Assembly: GCA_964516485.1 (NCBI GenBank)
Contig: CAZEYY010000001.1
Location: 12,653-76,652 of the forward strand
Direction of reading: 5' to 3'
From: an uncultured Rikenellaceae bacterium
GTDB lineage: Bacteria; Bacteroidota; Bacteroidia; Bacteroidales; VadinHA17
Length of the DNA stretch: 64,000 nt
Position numbers and translations under genes: made by a program. Under the pieces are notes generated by a model. It ran no database searches. It was not told the DNA's origin and saw nothing but the letters and a program-made list of their open reading frames with translations. Below, one piece after another: positions 46,412 through 57,010 of the stretch (position 1 is the stretch's first letter; every line of letters starts with the position of its first letter).

Positions 46412-47191
46412 CTATTGTATAAAATTGTAATTATAGAATCCTTTAATTCTTTCGTCATCACTCGAAAATACAGTATCGAATTTTCCTACCTGCAGGAATT
46501 TGCCATCGCCAAGCATGGCTATCCTGTTGCCAGTGTTCTTGGCACAGGTAAGGTCGTGCGTGATAATAATTGAGCTTGTATTATACTTATGCTGAACCTC
46601 ATTTATCAGATCGATTATTTCCACGCTTGTTATCGGATCGAGACCTGCCGTGGGTTCATCGTAAAGCATAATTTCCGGCTTGGTGATCATGGCCCTGGCA
46701 ATGCCTATTCTCTTCCTTTGTCCGCCTGAAAGGTCAGCAGGCATCTGATAGATTTTTTCTGACAGGGCAACTGCATCAAGCACCTCCTCAATCGATCTCT
46801 TAACTTCCTTACGGTCAATGTTTTTATAGTTCATTGTCAGAGGGAAGGCAAGATTCTGGTAAACATTCATACTGTCGTACAGGGCGCCGCTCTGGAATGA
46901 AAAGCCTATTCGCAGGCGGAGAGAATTCAGTTCGGTCAGCGATATTTTGTCAACTCTTTTTCCAAAGACATAAACATCTCCCTTGTCAGGTTTAAGCAAT
47001 CCGGTTATGATCTTCAGAAGAACTGATTTGCCGGACCCGGACCTTCCTAGAACAGTCAGGTTTTCCTGCCTGTGAAGGATCAGGTCAATACCGCTGAGTA
47101 CCTGCAGATCATCAAATGATTTGTATAAACCTTCAATCGATATGACGGTTTCAAGCTTTTCTTTTTCCGGATCTGAGATAAAACTTCCCAT
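46412..47191 (-). CDS. ABC transporter ATP-binding protein (MlaF-like)
   Basis: Walker A GRSGSGKSV, signature LSGGQRKRIGIARAM and Walker B MLYDEPTAGLD. Confidence 0.9.
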   Translation of the reverse strand: MGSFISDPEKEKLETVISIEGLYKSFDDLQVLSGIDLILHRQENLTVLGRSGSGKSVLLKIITGLLKPDKGDVYVFGKRVDKISLTELNSLRLRIGFSFQSGALYDSMNVYQNLAFPLTMNYKNIDRKEVKRSIEEVLDAVALSEKIYQMPADLSGGQRKRIGIARAMITKPEIMLYDEPTAGLDPITSVEIIDLINEVQHKYNTSSIIITHDLTCAKNTGNRIAMLGDGKFLQVGKFDTVFSSDDERIKGFYNYNFIQ

Positions 47192-47194
47192 TTC

Positions 47195-47995
47195 TTATAA
47201 ATATCTGATCCAGTTTACAATCTGTACTATAATAAATTCTTCCATGAAAATAAGGAAGATTGAAAATACAACTGCTTTATTAGCAGCCATACCTACACCG
47301 CGTGTGCCCTGTGTGGCATTGAAACCCTTGTAGCATCCTACCATGCCGATTGTAAATCCATAGGTAGCAGCTTTTATGACATTCGTGAAAATATCAAGGA
47401 AATAAATAGAGCTGAAAGCATTGCGCAAAAAAGTCTGGATGCTTATACCTTCAACAGAGTTGATATTCATATATGAACCGAGAAGTTCAACAAAATCGCA
47501 GTAAAGCGCCAGAAGACAAATAGATACTGTAGCTGCAACAACCCTTGTAACTACAAGGTATTTAAAGGGATTGATTGCTGAAACTTCCATTGCATCAATC
47601 TGCTCTGTAACTTTCATCGATCCGAGTTCTGCCCCTATACCCGAACCAACTTTGCCTGCAGTGATCAGAGCTGTGACAAGCGGACCGAGAGCCCTGACAG
47701 TAGCAATACCCATAAGTGACGGAAGCCATGATGTTGCTCCGAAAGATTCAAGCGAGGGCCTCGACTGCTTCACAAAAACGAAGCCAACAATAAAACCTGT
47801 TATTGTAATCAGTCCCAGGGACCTGATTCCTATTTCAAATGTCTGATTTACAGTTTCCCTGAAGTAGAAAGGCTTCCTGAAAAGTTCCTTGAAGAACTGA
47901 ACAGTGAACTTAAAACCATTGTAAATATCAGTCAGATTGGAATCAAGATTCTTTGTGAAAATATACCTTCTTCTTATTTGACCTTTCTGTTTCAT
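47195..47995 (-). CDS. MlaE-family ABC transporter permease
   Basis: About 265 aa with 5 TM segments. Characteristic blocks GPLVTALITAGKVGSGIGAELGSMKVTEQIDAM and GTRGVG. Confidence 0.85.
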   Translation of the reverse strand: MKQKGQIRRRYIFTKNLDSNLTDIYNGFKFTVQFFKELFRKPFYFRETVNQTFEIGIRSLGLITITGFIVGFVFVKQSRPSLESFGATSWLPSLMGIATVRALGPLVTALITAGKVGSGIGAELGSMKVTEQIDAMEVSAINPFKYLVVTRVVAATVSICLLALYCDFVELLGSYMNINSVEGISIQTFLRNAFSSIYFLDIFTNVIKAATYGFTIGMVGCYKGFNATQGTRGVGMAANKAVVFSIFLIFMEEFIIVQIVNWIRYL

Positions 47996-48121
47996 TGTTA
48001 AAATAAGAACACAAAGTTAACTGAAAAGAAGTATCATAAAAATATGAAAGCATATTAATTTGAAAACTTAATTCCTGTTGGGTATCAGGATATGGTGACG
48101 ATATGGGGAAACGGGCAATTA

Positions 48122-48805
48122 CTAAAAATATCTTTCCGAGATTATATTTTGTGGCTGAACACCCTTGTCTCTGAGTATATGATAGACTTCATATATCATT
48201 CCTCCGTTACCGCACAACATGAACATTGTGCCGGGAGTTATACTGTGTTTCTGAAGGAAAGTAGTTACTCTTCCGTAATGATCAGCGTTTCTGTCCTGTG
48301 TGGTGCACAGAATGTACCTGTCATTATCAAATGAATCGCTCTCATAAGCCTCTTCCCTTGTCCGGACACCATGAATAAGCGTGTAATCTGTTTCGGGATA
48401 GGATTTTACAATGCTGTGAAAGGGTGAAATGCCTGTGCCCGTGGCAACAAAAATAAACTTTCCCGATCTGATGTCTGAAGGTTGTAAGCAGAATGAGCCA
48501 AAAGGACCGTTTACCTGAAGCATATCTCCGGGTCTGCTTTCTTTAAGCTTCACCGAGATATTGCCTTCCTTTACCTCTTTTACTAGGATCTCAAGATACT
48601 CATCTTTCTCAGCGCTGTATATGGAGTATTCCCTCTGGTCCATCTCACCTTTCAGGCCGACAATAAGGTGCTGACCAGCTTTAAACCTGAGATTATTCCT
48701 GGTAAACCTGAGCACAAAGGTGCTATCTGTCAGGAACCGTTTACTTATGACAGAAAAATCATGCGCAAAAGTCTGATCTTTTGCATTGTCGTATGCCGAT
48801 ATCAT
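48122..48805 (-). CDS. Ferredoxin-NADP reductase-like FAD/NAD(P)-binding oxidoreductase
   Basis: FAD-binding R-x-Y-S motif (QREYSIYS), NAD-binding GTGISPF, and C-terminal ...ISERYF. The ATG at 48805 is preferred over the track start at 48841. Confidence 0.8.
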   Translation of the reverse strand: MISAYDNAKDQTFAHDFSVISKRFLTDSTFVLRFTRNNLRFKAGQHLIVGLKGEMDQREYSIYSAEKDEYLEILVKEVKEGNISVKLKESRPGDMLQVNGPFGSFCLQPSDIRSGKFIFVATGTGISPFHSIVKSYPETDYTLIHGVRTREEAYESDSFDNDRYILCTTQDRNADHYGRVTTFLQKHSITPGTMFMLCGNGGMIYEVYHILRDKGVQPQNIISERYF

Positions 48806-48998
48806 GAAAGAGATAAAATATAAGACAATTAAACAACGCAATAATTCTATTGTTCATCTCATCTGAAATTGTATTTCACTTTTATGGACCTGGAGGGATA
48901 TTTCTCCTGAGACAGCCAGGTTATAATCGGATACTTAGAAAATCAAATGCCGGTAAATTGGATTTTTAAAATGTCTATCTTTAAAATAAAAACCGACA

Positions 48999-50669
48999 AT
49001 GATTAACCGCAGACAGTTTTTAACAAGGATCTCACTTGCCTCAGCAGCAGCGGTCCTTTCAAAACCGGCATTTTCATGTCCGGACCAGAATGCCATTGAT
49101 TATGTGACTGTTGAGACTGCACATGGCAGGATAAGGGGTCTGAGGACTGAGGGTGTGAATATTTTCAGAGGTATTCCGTACGCCGGAAAGGTTTCGGGTG
49201 ACAGGCGCTTCAGAAGGCCGGCGGCGCTTGAATCCTGGACGGGAGTAAGGGATGCACTAAGGCTGGGAAATCCTGCAATTCAGCCACCGAAGCAAACTTA
49301 CGGTCTTAATGAGCCCGATCCGGCTGAGGATTGTCTCTTCCTGAATGTCTGGACACCGGCAAATGATAACAGGAAAAGGCCGGTAATGTTTTATAATCAT
49401 GGTGGAGGATTCACCACCGGATCTGGTGGTTCTGTTTCCCAGGATGGAGCCAACCTCGCACGCTTTTTTGATGTAGTTGTTGTAGAAACTAATCATCGGC
49501 TCGGTTTAATGGGTTTCCTGTTTCTTGATGATATTGGAGGTCCGGATTATGCTGGTTCGGGGAACAATGGAATGCTCGATATAGCTGATGGTCTGGCATG
49601 GGTTAACAAAAACATTTCTTCATTTGGAGGGGACCCTTCAAATGTCATGATATTCGGTGAATCGGGCGGAGGTGCAAAGACCTCATGCCTTTATGCAATG
49701 CCGGCAGCAGCACCCTATTTCAATAAAGCTTCAATTGAGAGCGGTCCGGGCGTGCGCATGACTCCGCGTGATGTTGCAGCTCAGACAACTGCAATGCTTC
49801 TTAAGGAGCTTAATATTGACAGGCAGAACTGGAAGAAGCTGCTTGATGTTCCTGTCATTACCCTGCTTGAAATGCAGGGAAAACTGCCTTCACTTGCAGC
49901 ACGGCATGATAGCAATAACAAGAAAAGAGGCATTATGGAATCATCACCGGGAGGATTTTCTCCGGTTGTTGACGGTGTGGCTCTGCCTGCTCATCCTTTT
50001 GATCCTGTTGCACCGGAGATCTCAAAGGATAAGCCTCTTATTGTAGGCTGGAATGAAGATGAATTTACCTTCTTCGGAATGATGTCAGGCGATAAAAGTA
50101 TTTTCAATGCTGATTTTGAAACACTTACAGACAAGATGAAGCCTCAGTTCGGTGAAGATGCAGAAAAGATCATAGGCACCTACAGGAAAACACGTCCTGA
50201 AGCTTCAGCAACAGATATCCTGGTTGCTATTATGTCGATGAACATGATGGGGCTTGGATCGCTTGCAATTGCTGAAAGAAAAACCAGGCAGAAAGGAGCG
50301 CCTGCTTACCTTTACAACCTTGGATATAAGTCAGAAGTTTTGATTCCCGGCACTGATTATCCACTCGGCTCTCCCCATGTGCTTGATATCTCCTTTAAAT
50401 TCTACAATGAACAGCCACAGAAAGATGGTTCTGCAGGTACAAGCTACTGGGCAGGGTCGAGACCGGAGCGCTTTGTTGCATCACATAACATGGCAGAGCT
50501 CTGGACCTCATTCGCACGGACAGGGAAACCCTCAGCTAAAGATGTACCTGCATGGCCTGAATATGACCTTGAGAAAGGGGGTACAATGCGCATTGACTCC
50601 AGGTGCACAGTCTTAAACGACAGGTATGCAGAAGAATTAAAGATGTGGAGAGAAATCGGAAGACTGTAG
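48999..50669 (+). CDS. Carboxylesterase/lipase type B family, TAT-exported (paralog of 39376-41058)
   Basis: NRRQFLTRISLASAAAVLS signal, HGGGFTTG, and nucleophile GESGGGAKT. Collinear similarity to the first copy, for example GNNGMLDIADGLAWVNKNISSFGGDPSNV versus [29 protein letters not shown]. Confidence 0.9.
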   Translation: MINRRQFLTRISLASAAAVLSKPAFSCPDQNAIDYVTVETAHGRIRGLRTEGVNIFRGIPYAGKVSGDRRFRRPAALESWTGVRDALRLGNPAIQPPKQTYGLNEPDPAEDCLFLNVWTPANDNRKRPVMFYNHGGGFTTGSGGSVSQDGANLARFFDVVVVETNHRLGLMGFLFLDDIGGPDYAGSGNNGMLDIADGLAWVNKNISSFGGDPSNVMIFGESGGGAKTSCLYAMPAAAPYFNKASIESGPGVRMTPRDVAAQTTAMLLKELNIDRQNWKKLLDVPVITLLEMQGKLPSLAARHDSNNKKRGIMESSPGGFSPVVDGVALPAHPFDPVAPEISKDKPLIVGWNEDEFTFFGMMSGDKSIFNADFETLTDKMKPQFGEDAEKIIGTYRKTRPEASATDILVAIMSMNMMGLGSLAIAERKTRQKGAPAYLYNLGYKSEVLIPGTDYPLGSPHVLDISFKFYNEQPQKDGSAGTSYWAGSRPERFVASHNMAELWTSFARTGKPSAKDVPAWPEYDLEKGGTMRIDSRCTVLNDRYAEELKMWREIGRL

Positions 50670-50704
50670 CCTGACTGGTAAGCTAAAAGTCTGATTCCTC
50701 ACAA

Positions 50705-52228
50705 TTACTGGTTTCTTGCCATTTTTTCAGTCACAATTTTTGTGACTGTCCTGAAGTCTACCTTGCCTGTACTCATCATTGGTATTGATTCAAGAACAAT
50801 GAATTCCCTTGGCAGGGCAATTAACGGAAGATCATTCATCAGCTTCCTTAGAATTTCCATTTTGTGCACCTCGGCTGATACTGCTGCAACAATGTATGAA
50901 CCCTTTTTGTCATCAGGTATATCAACAACACAGCAGATGACACCCTGAGGCAGATATTTTTCCATTATGTTTTCCACCTTCACAAGAGAAACCATTTCTC
51001 CTCCGATCTTGGCAAAACGCTTGAATCTCCCGGCATGATAAAGAAAACCATCACTGTCGAAGTAGCCCATGTCACCGGTATTGTACCAGCCATCCCTAAG
51101 AACCTCATCTGTAAGTTCCTTGTCATCATAGTAGCCCTTCATCACCAGGTCTCCCTTGACCATTATTTTTCCTGTTTCACCGGTTTTGCAGTTTTCTCCT
51201 GTATCAAGATTCTCAATCCTGACCTGGACACCGGGGATAACTTTTCCTATACTACCCGGTTTGTTTTCCGCCGGCGTGTTAACAGAAATTACAGGTGAAG
51301 TTTCTGTTGCACCATAGCCTTCAAGGAGTTGTGAGCCATGCTTCTTCATAAATCCTTCCCTGAGGGAATCAGGCGTTTTGTCTGCTCCTGCAATCATAAG
51401 GCGTAATGACTTGAAGTCGCCCGGTTCAGATTTCTGGAGGTAGCCCCAGAAGAAGCTCGGAGTGCCGACCATAATTGTAGGTTTCTCCTCCCGCGCAATG
51501 TTGCTTACAGCCTGAAAATCAAGAGGATTTGAATATGTAACCATTGTCATTCCATAAACAAAAGGCACCCACAGGTCAACGGTTAGTCCGAATACGTGAA
51601 AGAAAACAAGGTTCGCGAGGATGATATCATCGCTTGTAAGGCCAATCATGGTCCCGAAGCTTATAATGTTCGATGATATGTTCTTGTGTGTGAGCTGTAC
51701 AGCTTTCGGGTCCTTCTCACTTCCGCTGGTGAACAATATTACACAAGTATCGTCCTCCTGTCCCTTATGTATCATGCTGAGGAGAATGTTTTCAGGCATT
51801 TTGGCTTTCAGGGCAGCTTTGATCTTGTCGAAAGAAGTGATTCCTGCCATTATATCTTCAATATATACCATTCCTTCAACAAAAGGACAGCTTATTTTTT
51901 CAAGCAAGGCCTTTGAGACAATTATTGTCTTGAAATGACATTTTTTCTGTGCATACTTTGCATTTGCCTCTGCTCCTGTGGAATAGTTTATCATTACAGG
52001 GATCCTTCCGCTCATAAGTGCAGCTGTTTTTGCAAGCGCACAACCTGCCGAAGTTGGTATCATGATCCCTATGAAACCCTTATCATACTTCTCAAATTTT
52101 GAACTTAAAATGAGAGCTGCAATAAGAGCTCTTTCGTAAGTGACATCCTTTTTAGTGGTTTTGTCTTTTATGGCCAGTTTACCCGGATATTTTTTGGCCA
52201 TTTTCACAAATTGCTGATGCAGAAGCAT
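50705..52228 (-). CDS. AMP-dependent synthetase/ligase (Aas-like acyl-ACP/acyl-CoA synthetase)
   Basis: AMP-binding motif ILFTSGSEKDPKAV (compare E. coli Aas FTSGSEGHPKGV), plus GYGATETSP, TGDMGYFD and GRFKRFAKIGGEMV. The ATG at 52228 (MLLHQQFVKMAKKYP) is preferred over the track start. Confidence 0.85.
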   Translation of the reverse strand: MLLHQQFVKMAKKYPGKLAIKDKTTKKDVTYERALIAALILSSKFEKYDKGFIGIMIPTSAGCALAKTAALMSGRIPVMINYSTGAEANAKYAQKKCHFKTIIVSKALLEKISCPFVEGMVYIEDIMAGITSFDKIKAALKAKMPENILLSMIHKGQEDDTCVILFTSGSEKDPKAVQLTHKNISSNIISFGTMIGLTSDDIILANLVFFHVFGLTVDLWVPFVYGMTMVTYSNPLDFQAVSNIAREEKPTIMVGTPSFFWGYLQKSEPGDFKSLRLMIAGADKTPDSLREGFMKKHGSQLLEGYGATETSPVISVNTPAENKPGSIGKVIPGVQVRIENLDTGENCKTGETGKIMVKGDLVMKGYYDDKELTDEVLRDGWYNTGDMGYFDSDGFLYHAGRFKRFAKIGGEMVSLVKVENIMEKYLPQGVICCVVDIPDDKKGSYIVAAVSAEVHKMEILRKLMNDLPLIALPREFIVLESIPMMSTGKVDFRTVTKIVTEKMARNQ

Positions 52229-52482
52229 AATAATGTTATTTGTTACTTTTTCTGTTATTTCAGCGGCTAATATATATGCAAATATTCGTATTCTAAAATA
52301 TTGCAATGATATTCTAATTTAATATGTTGTAGTAAGGCTTGTAAATAACAGAATAACAAATAAATAAGAAAACAGAAATCTCTTGTAGATTGCATGTGAA
52401 AAATCTGGTCGAAATTATGCTCCAGTCTGTTCGAAGATTTAAATGGGTATGCAGAACAAATAATTACAAGATATGATAATGC

Positions 52483-52531
52483 CTTTGCGACTTTGCGCCT
52501 CTTTCTCTTGCAGAGGCGTAAAGTCGCAAAG
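52483..52531. repeat. 20-bp-stem hairpin (CTTTGCG variant of the CTTTGTG repeat family), possibly an operon terminator
   Basis: The arms ctttgcgactttgcgcctct and agaggcgtaaagtcgcaaag (19/20 complementary) flank the 9-nt loop ttctcttgc. It lies 23 nt downstream of the RND-operon TolC stop on the minus strand. No U-tract follows. Confidence 0.55.
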
Positions 52532-52553
52532 ACAGTATCCCTGAAGACTGATG

Positions 52554-53945
52554 CTATTTATAATCGTTTATTGCCTGCTTATATTTTGCCCTCGACACCT
52601 GGTAATTGCACTTTGCTTCTGTAAGACTGTCAAGTGCTGCCTGATATACCGATTGAGCTTCAAGAAGATCTGACATCCCGGTTATTCCGGCATCGTAATT
52701 GTCTTTTGTGACCTTAAGGTTTTCCTGTGCCTGGGCCACTGATTTTTCAGCATTGCCTATATAGAAGTAGTTCTGATTCAGTTCATTCTGTACCTGGGTG
52801 ATCTGCAGCGATAACAGCTCTGTTGTTTCATTTAACCTGTAACCGGCATATTCAACTTTTGCCTTGCTCTGTTTTATCTTATGTGACCCTCCCCACCAGT
52901 CACTTAAAGGGATATTAAGAGTGGCAAAGGCCATACCAAGCTGGTCGGTTTTATCCATCACATCAGTATATACTCCTGCCACACCAACAGCCAGCTGAGG
53001 CATGTTTTCACCGATTGCTAGCTTTTTCTGTAATTCCTCTGCCTGTACAGCTTTTTCGAGTATCCTGTATTCATTCCTGTTTTTTACTGCCTCTTCAGGG
53101 CTGACATACAGGTCGACAGGATTTTCTGTAACTGAAATTTTATCAGTAAGCATTAAAGTGCTGTCGTACTGAATGCCAATATGCTGACAGAGAGCTTTTT
53201 TGCTTAAGGTTATACCATTTGTCAGTTTTAACCTGTTGCCCTCTAGCTCATTTTGTTTCAATTGAACCTTAAGAAGATCTGTCCTCTGAACAAGACCTGC
53301 ATTGTAAGCCAGAGTCACATCATGATTCAGGTTTTCAAGCAGTTTCATGTAACTGTCGATTGTGACAAGCTTTTCAGTAAGCGCTTTAATGTTCCAGTAA
53401 AGTTCCTCGGTTTTTACAAGTACCTCAGTTTCCGTCATCAGTTTCTTTTCACTGCTGATCTCATATCCGGTTCTTGCAAGCTTGTTTCCATAGTATATCC
53501 TGCCTCCCATGAAAACCGGTTGTGCAGCCATTGCAAAGCCGAAGTTCATATAGTCGATAAGGTTCAGGGGCATTCCCGGGAAATAAGTGAACTGGGTTGC
53601 AAGAGGAATATTTGCCGGATTACCGTCATATACAGGAAGGTTCATCTGTGGTATTGAGCTCTTGACAAGGTAGTCACTCATTTTTACTGCACTGAATCCG
53701 GCTGATACTTTCGGAAAATATGCAGTGAAGGCGCTTTTCTTCACCTGTTCAGCCTGTGATACTTCACTTGCTGATTCTTTTATCTTGTAATTGTTTGTAA
53801 GAGCCAGTGATTTGCATGAATCAAGGCTCAGCCCTGTATTTGAATTTCCATCCGGTGCATTTGTTTTACCTGGTTGGGTATAAGCGGCAGTCTGACCGTA
53901 TATTACAACCGGAATAAACAGGAGGATATATAATAGCTTCTTCAT
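52554..53945 (-). CDS. TolC-family outer membrane factor of RND efflux system
   Basis: Signal peptide and two OEP repeats. A 4-nt ATGA overlap with the upstream RND pump gene. Confidence 0.9.
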   Translation of the reverse strand: MKKLLYILLFIPVVIYGQTAAYTQPGKTNAPDGNSNTGLSLDSCKSLALTNNYKIKESASEVSQAEQVKKSAFTAYFPKVSAGFSAVKMSDYLVKSSIPQMNLPVYDGNPANIPLATQFTYFPGMPLNLIDYMNFGFAMAAQPVFMGGRIYYGNKLARTGYEISSEKKLMTETEVLVKTEELYWNIKALTEKLVTIDSYMKLLENLNHDVTLAYNAGLVQRTDLLKVQLKQNELEGNRLKLTNGITLSKKALCQHIGIQYDSTLMLTDKISVTENPVDLYVSPEEAVKNRNEYRILEKAVQAEELQKKLAIGENMPQLAVGVAGVYTDVMDKTDQLGMAFATLNIPLSDWWGGSHKIKQSKAKVEYAGYRLNETTELLSLQITQVQNELNQNYFYIGNAEKSVAQAQENLKVTKDNYDAGITGMSDLLEAQSVYQAALDSLTEAKCNYQVSRAKYKQAINDYK

Positions 53946-56900
53946 TTTTTCTTTTCATTAAGTTTCCAGTAAAGCACAGGGAGAATTGTTATTGTCATCA
54001 GCAAAAGGAATACTCCGCCTGCGAAAATTATTACTCCAACAGGAGCCCAGAATGAGCTGCCGCTTATAATCATCGGAATAACGCCAACCGAGGCAGCAGC
54101 AGAAGTGAGAAAGATAGGGATCATCCTTCTTTTCCCTGCATCATAGGCAGCTTCTTTTGCCGGCCAGCCATCCTTTAAATATCGTTCCTCGGCATGCTGG
54201 AACATGAGAATTACATTTCTTACAGTAAGTCCGAATAAGCCAATTATACCAAGGGCAGATGTAATTCCGACTGTAAGGTTTGAAACCCAGAGGCCGAAAA
54301 CTGCACCAAACAGAAACAGCATCAATGTAAACAGGGAAATAAATGTCAGTTTGAATTTGCCGTAAGTGAATAGGAAAAAGAAGAATATCACTGCAAAGGC
54401 GGCAAGGATGGCCCAGATTACTGGAAGGAGGTTGTCCCTGTTATATTCTGGTTCTCCTCCCACCTGATACTTAACACTTTCAGGCATCGAAGGAACTATT
54501 TCATTCTCAATGATTTCCTGGATGTGTTTCAGTGGTTTTGCCGGGATAACATTTCTTTTGGTGTCGGCAGTAACTGTTATTGTCCTCATGCCATTTCTGT
54601 GCATAATCGTGTTTTCCTCCCATTTTGGAGTGATATCGGCAACCTGGCGCAGAGGTACGCTTACCGACGGAATGACTGTGGCAATATAAGTGTCTGCAAA
54701 GTTCTCAAGAGGAGGTTTGCCTGTAGCCTCATCAGTTTTAAGCACAATAGGTGTGTTTTTATGGTTTTCGGTTATCGTACCAATGTTGAATTTATCAGTT
54801 GCAAGCAGGATGTTGGCAGCTGTGACAGCCCTTGTCACGCCAAGCTGAGAAGAAGCAACAGGCTTCAATTCAACATCCATTACAGGAAGCATATTGCCCC
54901 AGTCGGTATGGACATTTGTAAGCTCCGGCATTTCACGCATCCTGGCCGAAAGAAGGTCTGCAGCTTTTTTCAGTTCTTCACTGTTTTCACCGTAGAAGCG
55001 AAATTCAAAAGAAGGAACATGCTGAAAATCAATTTGTTTAAACTTGATATATGCCTGCGGAAAATAGTGGGCATATTTATCAGTATATTCATCCAGAACT
55101 GCTTCTGTTTCCTTGAACGAACCTGTGTTTACAATGAACTGTGCATAGCTGTCAGAAGGCATTTTCGGTGCATAAGCAATATGAAAACGCGGTGATGACA
55201 TTCCGTTGAACTGGGTGATTGACTTTACCCTGCTGTCCTCTGAAAGGATTGTCCTCATTGAATCAGCGATCGTTACAGTTTTTGCCAGAGGAGTTCCGTC
55301 GGGCAGATAGATTTCTACCGCAAACTGATTCCTGTCAGCGACAGGATTCATCCTGAACTTGATCAGAGGCATAAGGGCAACAGCAGCTACAATTGAAATA
55401 GCTCCTGCTGAAGCAGTAAGCCACGGATTACGGAAGTTCCAGTCAAGCAGTTTTACATATACATCGTGTACTTTTTCAGTTATTGTCTTCCTTTCGGGAT
55501 TATTGACGTCTATTTTCTTCGGTTTTATAAGTGCCACTTCGAGGATGGGAATCACTACCACCGCGAGTATAAGCGACATCATCATGTTTATTGTGAATGT
55601 AAAGGGGAAGAAGTACAGGAATTCAGCCATCTGACCCTTGAAGAGGATGAGCAGAGGGAAGAAGATAAGGCAGATACAGCTTGTTGCAAGGAACATCGGC
55701 ATAAAATACTTATGCGCGCTCTCAAGTGCTGCTTCCCATGGGGTGGAACCGTTTTTAAGGCAGTGGATATAGCCGTCGATTATTACTATTGAATTATCAA
55801 CTGTCATCCCAAGAACTACAACAAGTGCAGCAAGCGTGACTGTATTCAGCGGAATGCCAAAGAGGTACATTATTCCAACCGAGATAAATGCATTCAGGGG
55901 GATGACAATTGCAGCAACAAGGGCTGAACTTAAGGGGAAGAGGATCATTATTACAATTATTATCACAATAATTGCAAGGATCAGGTCGCGGAGAAATGAA
56001 ACCACGGATCCTTTTACAACCTCCGACTGATCCGTAATCCGGCTTACAGTAACATCCTCAGGCAGTTCCCTTTCCTTGTACTCTGAGATAGTATTGCTTA
56101 CATCTTTCCCGAATTTTACTATGTTGAATCCTTCCCTCATTTCAACAGACAGGATAAGGCAGGGATTTCCGTTATACGTGATATAACTTCCCTCGTCAGG
56201 ATATTCCCTTACAACCTTTGCAACATCCTTTACACGTATCATGTTGCCGGACGGATCAGTAAAGATTATCTGGTCTTCAATTTCCTTAATGCTTGTATAG
56301 GTTGGATTGAAGTGAACGGGAACATGCACCTCATCATTTTTTATGCTTCCTCCAGGGGCAAGTGACTGGCTGAATATTTCAGACATTATAAGTTTCTCGC
56401 TTATACCATAGGAAGTAAGTTTCTTTCTGTCGGCATAAACAGTAACCTGTTCTTCCTTAACCCCGTACATGCGGAGATTGGAGACAGATTCTATACGGCG
56501 AAGGCTGTGTACAAGTTCGTCGGCATATTGCTTAAGCTCGGAGTATGTACGTGATTTTGATTCAATTGCAATAAGCAGGGCTGATACATCTCCGAAGTCA
56601 TCCTGGGCAATAAGTGCCAGAACTCCTGATGGAAGCTCCATTTTAAGAGTTGTAAGCCCGTGCTTTATCTTTGACCATACTTCATCCTTGTTCTTTACAT
56701 TGTCGTTAAGTTCAACAAGGGTGTAACATAATCCGTTCTTCGAGGTTGTTGTTGTATAGCTTCGTTTAACTTCGGGATAGGCAAACAGGAATTTTTCAAG
56801 AGGTTCTGCAAGCTGCTTCTCAACCTCCCCTGTTGTTGCCCCCGGATAAACACCTATAATTATACCCTGCCTGATAGTATAACCCGGAAATTCCTGTTTT

Positions 56901-57010
56901 GGCATAACAATGAGTGCTGTTACTCCGAAAACAACAAGTATTCCGACAAGCAGGAAGATGATGGAGCTATGCTTCATCGACCATTCTATAATACTGTATT
57001 TTCGATTCAT
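53942..57010 (-). CDS. RND efflux transporter permease (AcrB/HAE1-like)
   Basis: 1022 aa with 12-TM and two large periplasmic-loop topology. ACR_tran-like blocks (LGMTVDNSIVIIDG..., IGLFGLTVRNVILM). Confidence 0.95.
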   Translation of the reverse strand: MNRKYSIIEWSMKHSSIIFLLVGILVVFGVTALIVMPKQEFPGYTIRQGIIIGVYPGATTGEVEKQLAEPLEKFLFAYPEVKRSYTTTTSKNGLCYTLVELNDNVKNKDEVWSKIKHGLTTLKMELPSGVLALIAQDDFGDVSALLIAIESKSRTYSELKQYADELVHSLRRIESVSNLRMYGVKEEQVTVYADRKKLTSYGISEKLIMSEIFSQSLAPGGSIKNDEVHVPVHFNPTYTSIKEIEDQIIFTDPSGNMIRVKDVAKVVREYPDEGSYITYNGNPCLILSVEMREGFNIVKFGKDVSNTISEYKERELPEDVTVSRITDQSEVVKGSVVSFLRDLILAIIVIIIVIMILFPLSSALVAAIVIPLNAFISVGIMYLFGIPLNTVTLAALVVVLGMTVDNSIVIIDGYIHCLKNGSTPWEAALESAHKYFMPMFLATSCICLIFFPLLILFKGQMAEFLYFFPFTFTINMMMSLILAVVVIPILEVALIKPKKIDVNNPERKTITEKVHDVYVKLLDWNFRNPWLTASAGAISIVAAVALMPLIKFRMNPVADRNQFAVEIYLPDGTPLAKTVTIADSMRTILSEDSRVKSITQFNGMSSPRFHIAYAPKMPSDSYAQFIVNTGSFKETEAVLDEYTDKYAHYFPQAYIKFKQIDFQHVPSFEFRFYGENSEELKKAADLLSARMREMPELTNVHTDWGNMLPVMDVELKPVASSQLGVTRAVTAANILLATDKFNIGTITENHKNTPIVLKTDEATGKPPLENFADTYIATVIPSVSVPLRQVADITPKWEENTIMHRNGMRTITVTADTKRNVIPAKPLKHIQEIIENEIVPSMPESVKYQVGGEPEYNRDNLLPVIWAILAAFAVIFFFFLFTYGKFKLTFISLFTLMLFLFGAVFGLWVSNLTVGITSALGIIGLFGLTVRNVILMFQHAEERYLKDGWPAKEAAYDAGKRRMIPIFLTSAAASVGVIPMIISGSSFWAPVGVIIFAGGVFLLLMTITILPVLYWKLNEKKK

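Noticed and set aside
54524-55195. 223-aa plus-strand ORF inside the RND pump gene (also 55359-55792, 55836-56030 and 56469-56726)
   Set aside because: These are antisense shadow ORFs of a 1022-aa AcrB-like gene. They are Cys/Arg/Phe-rich with no motifs.
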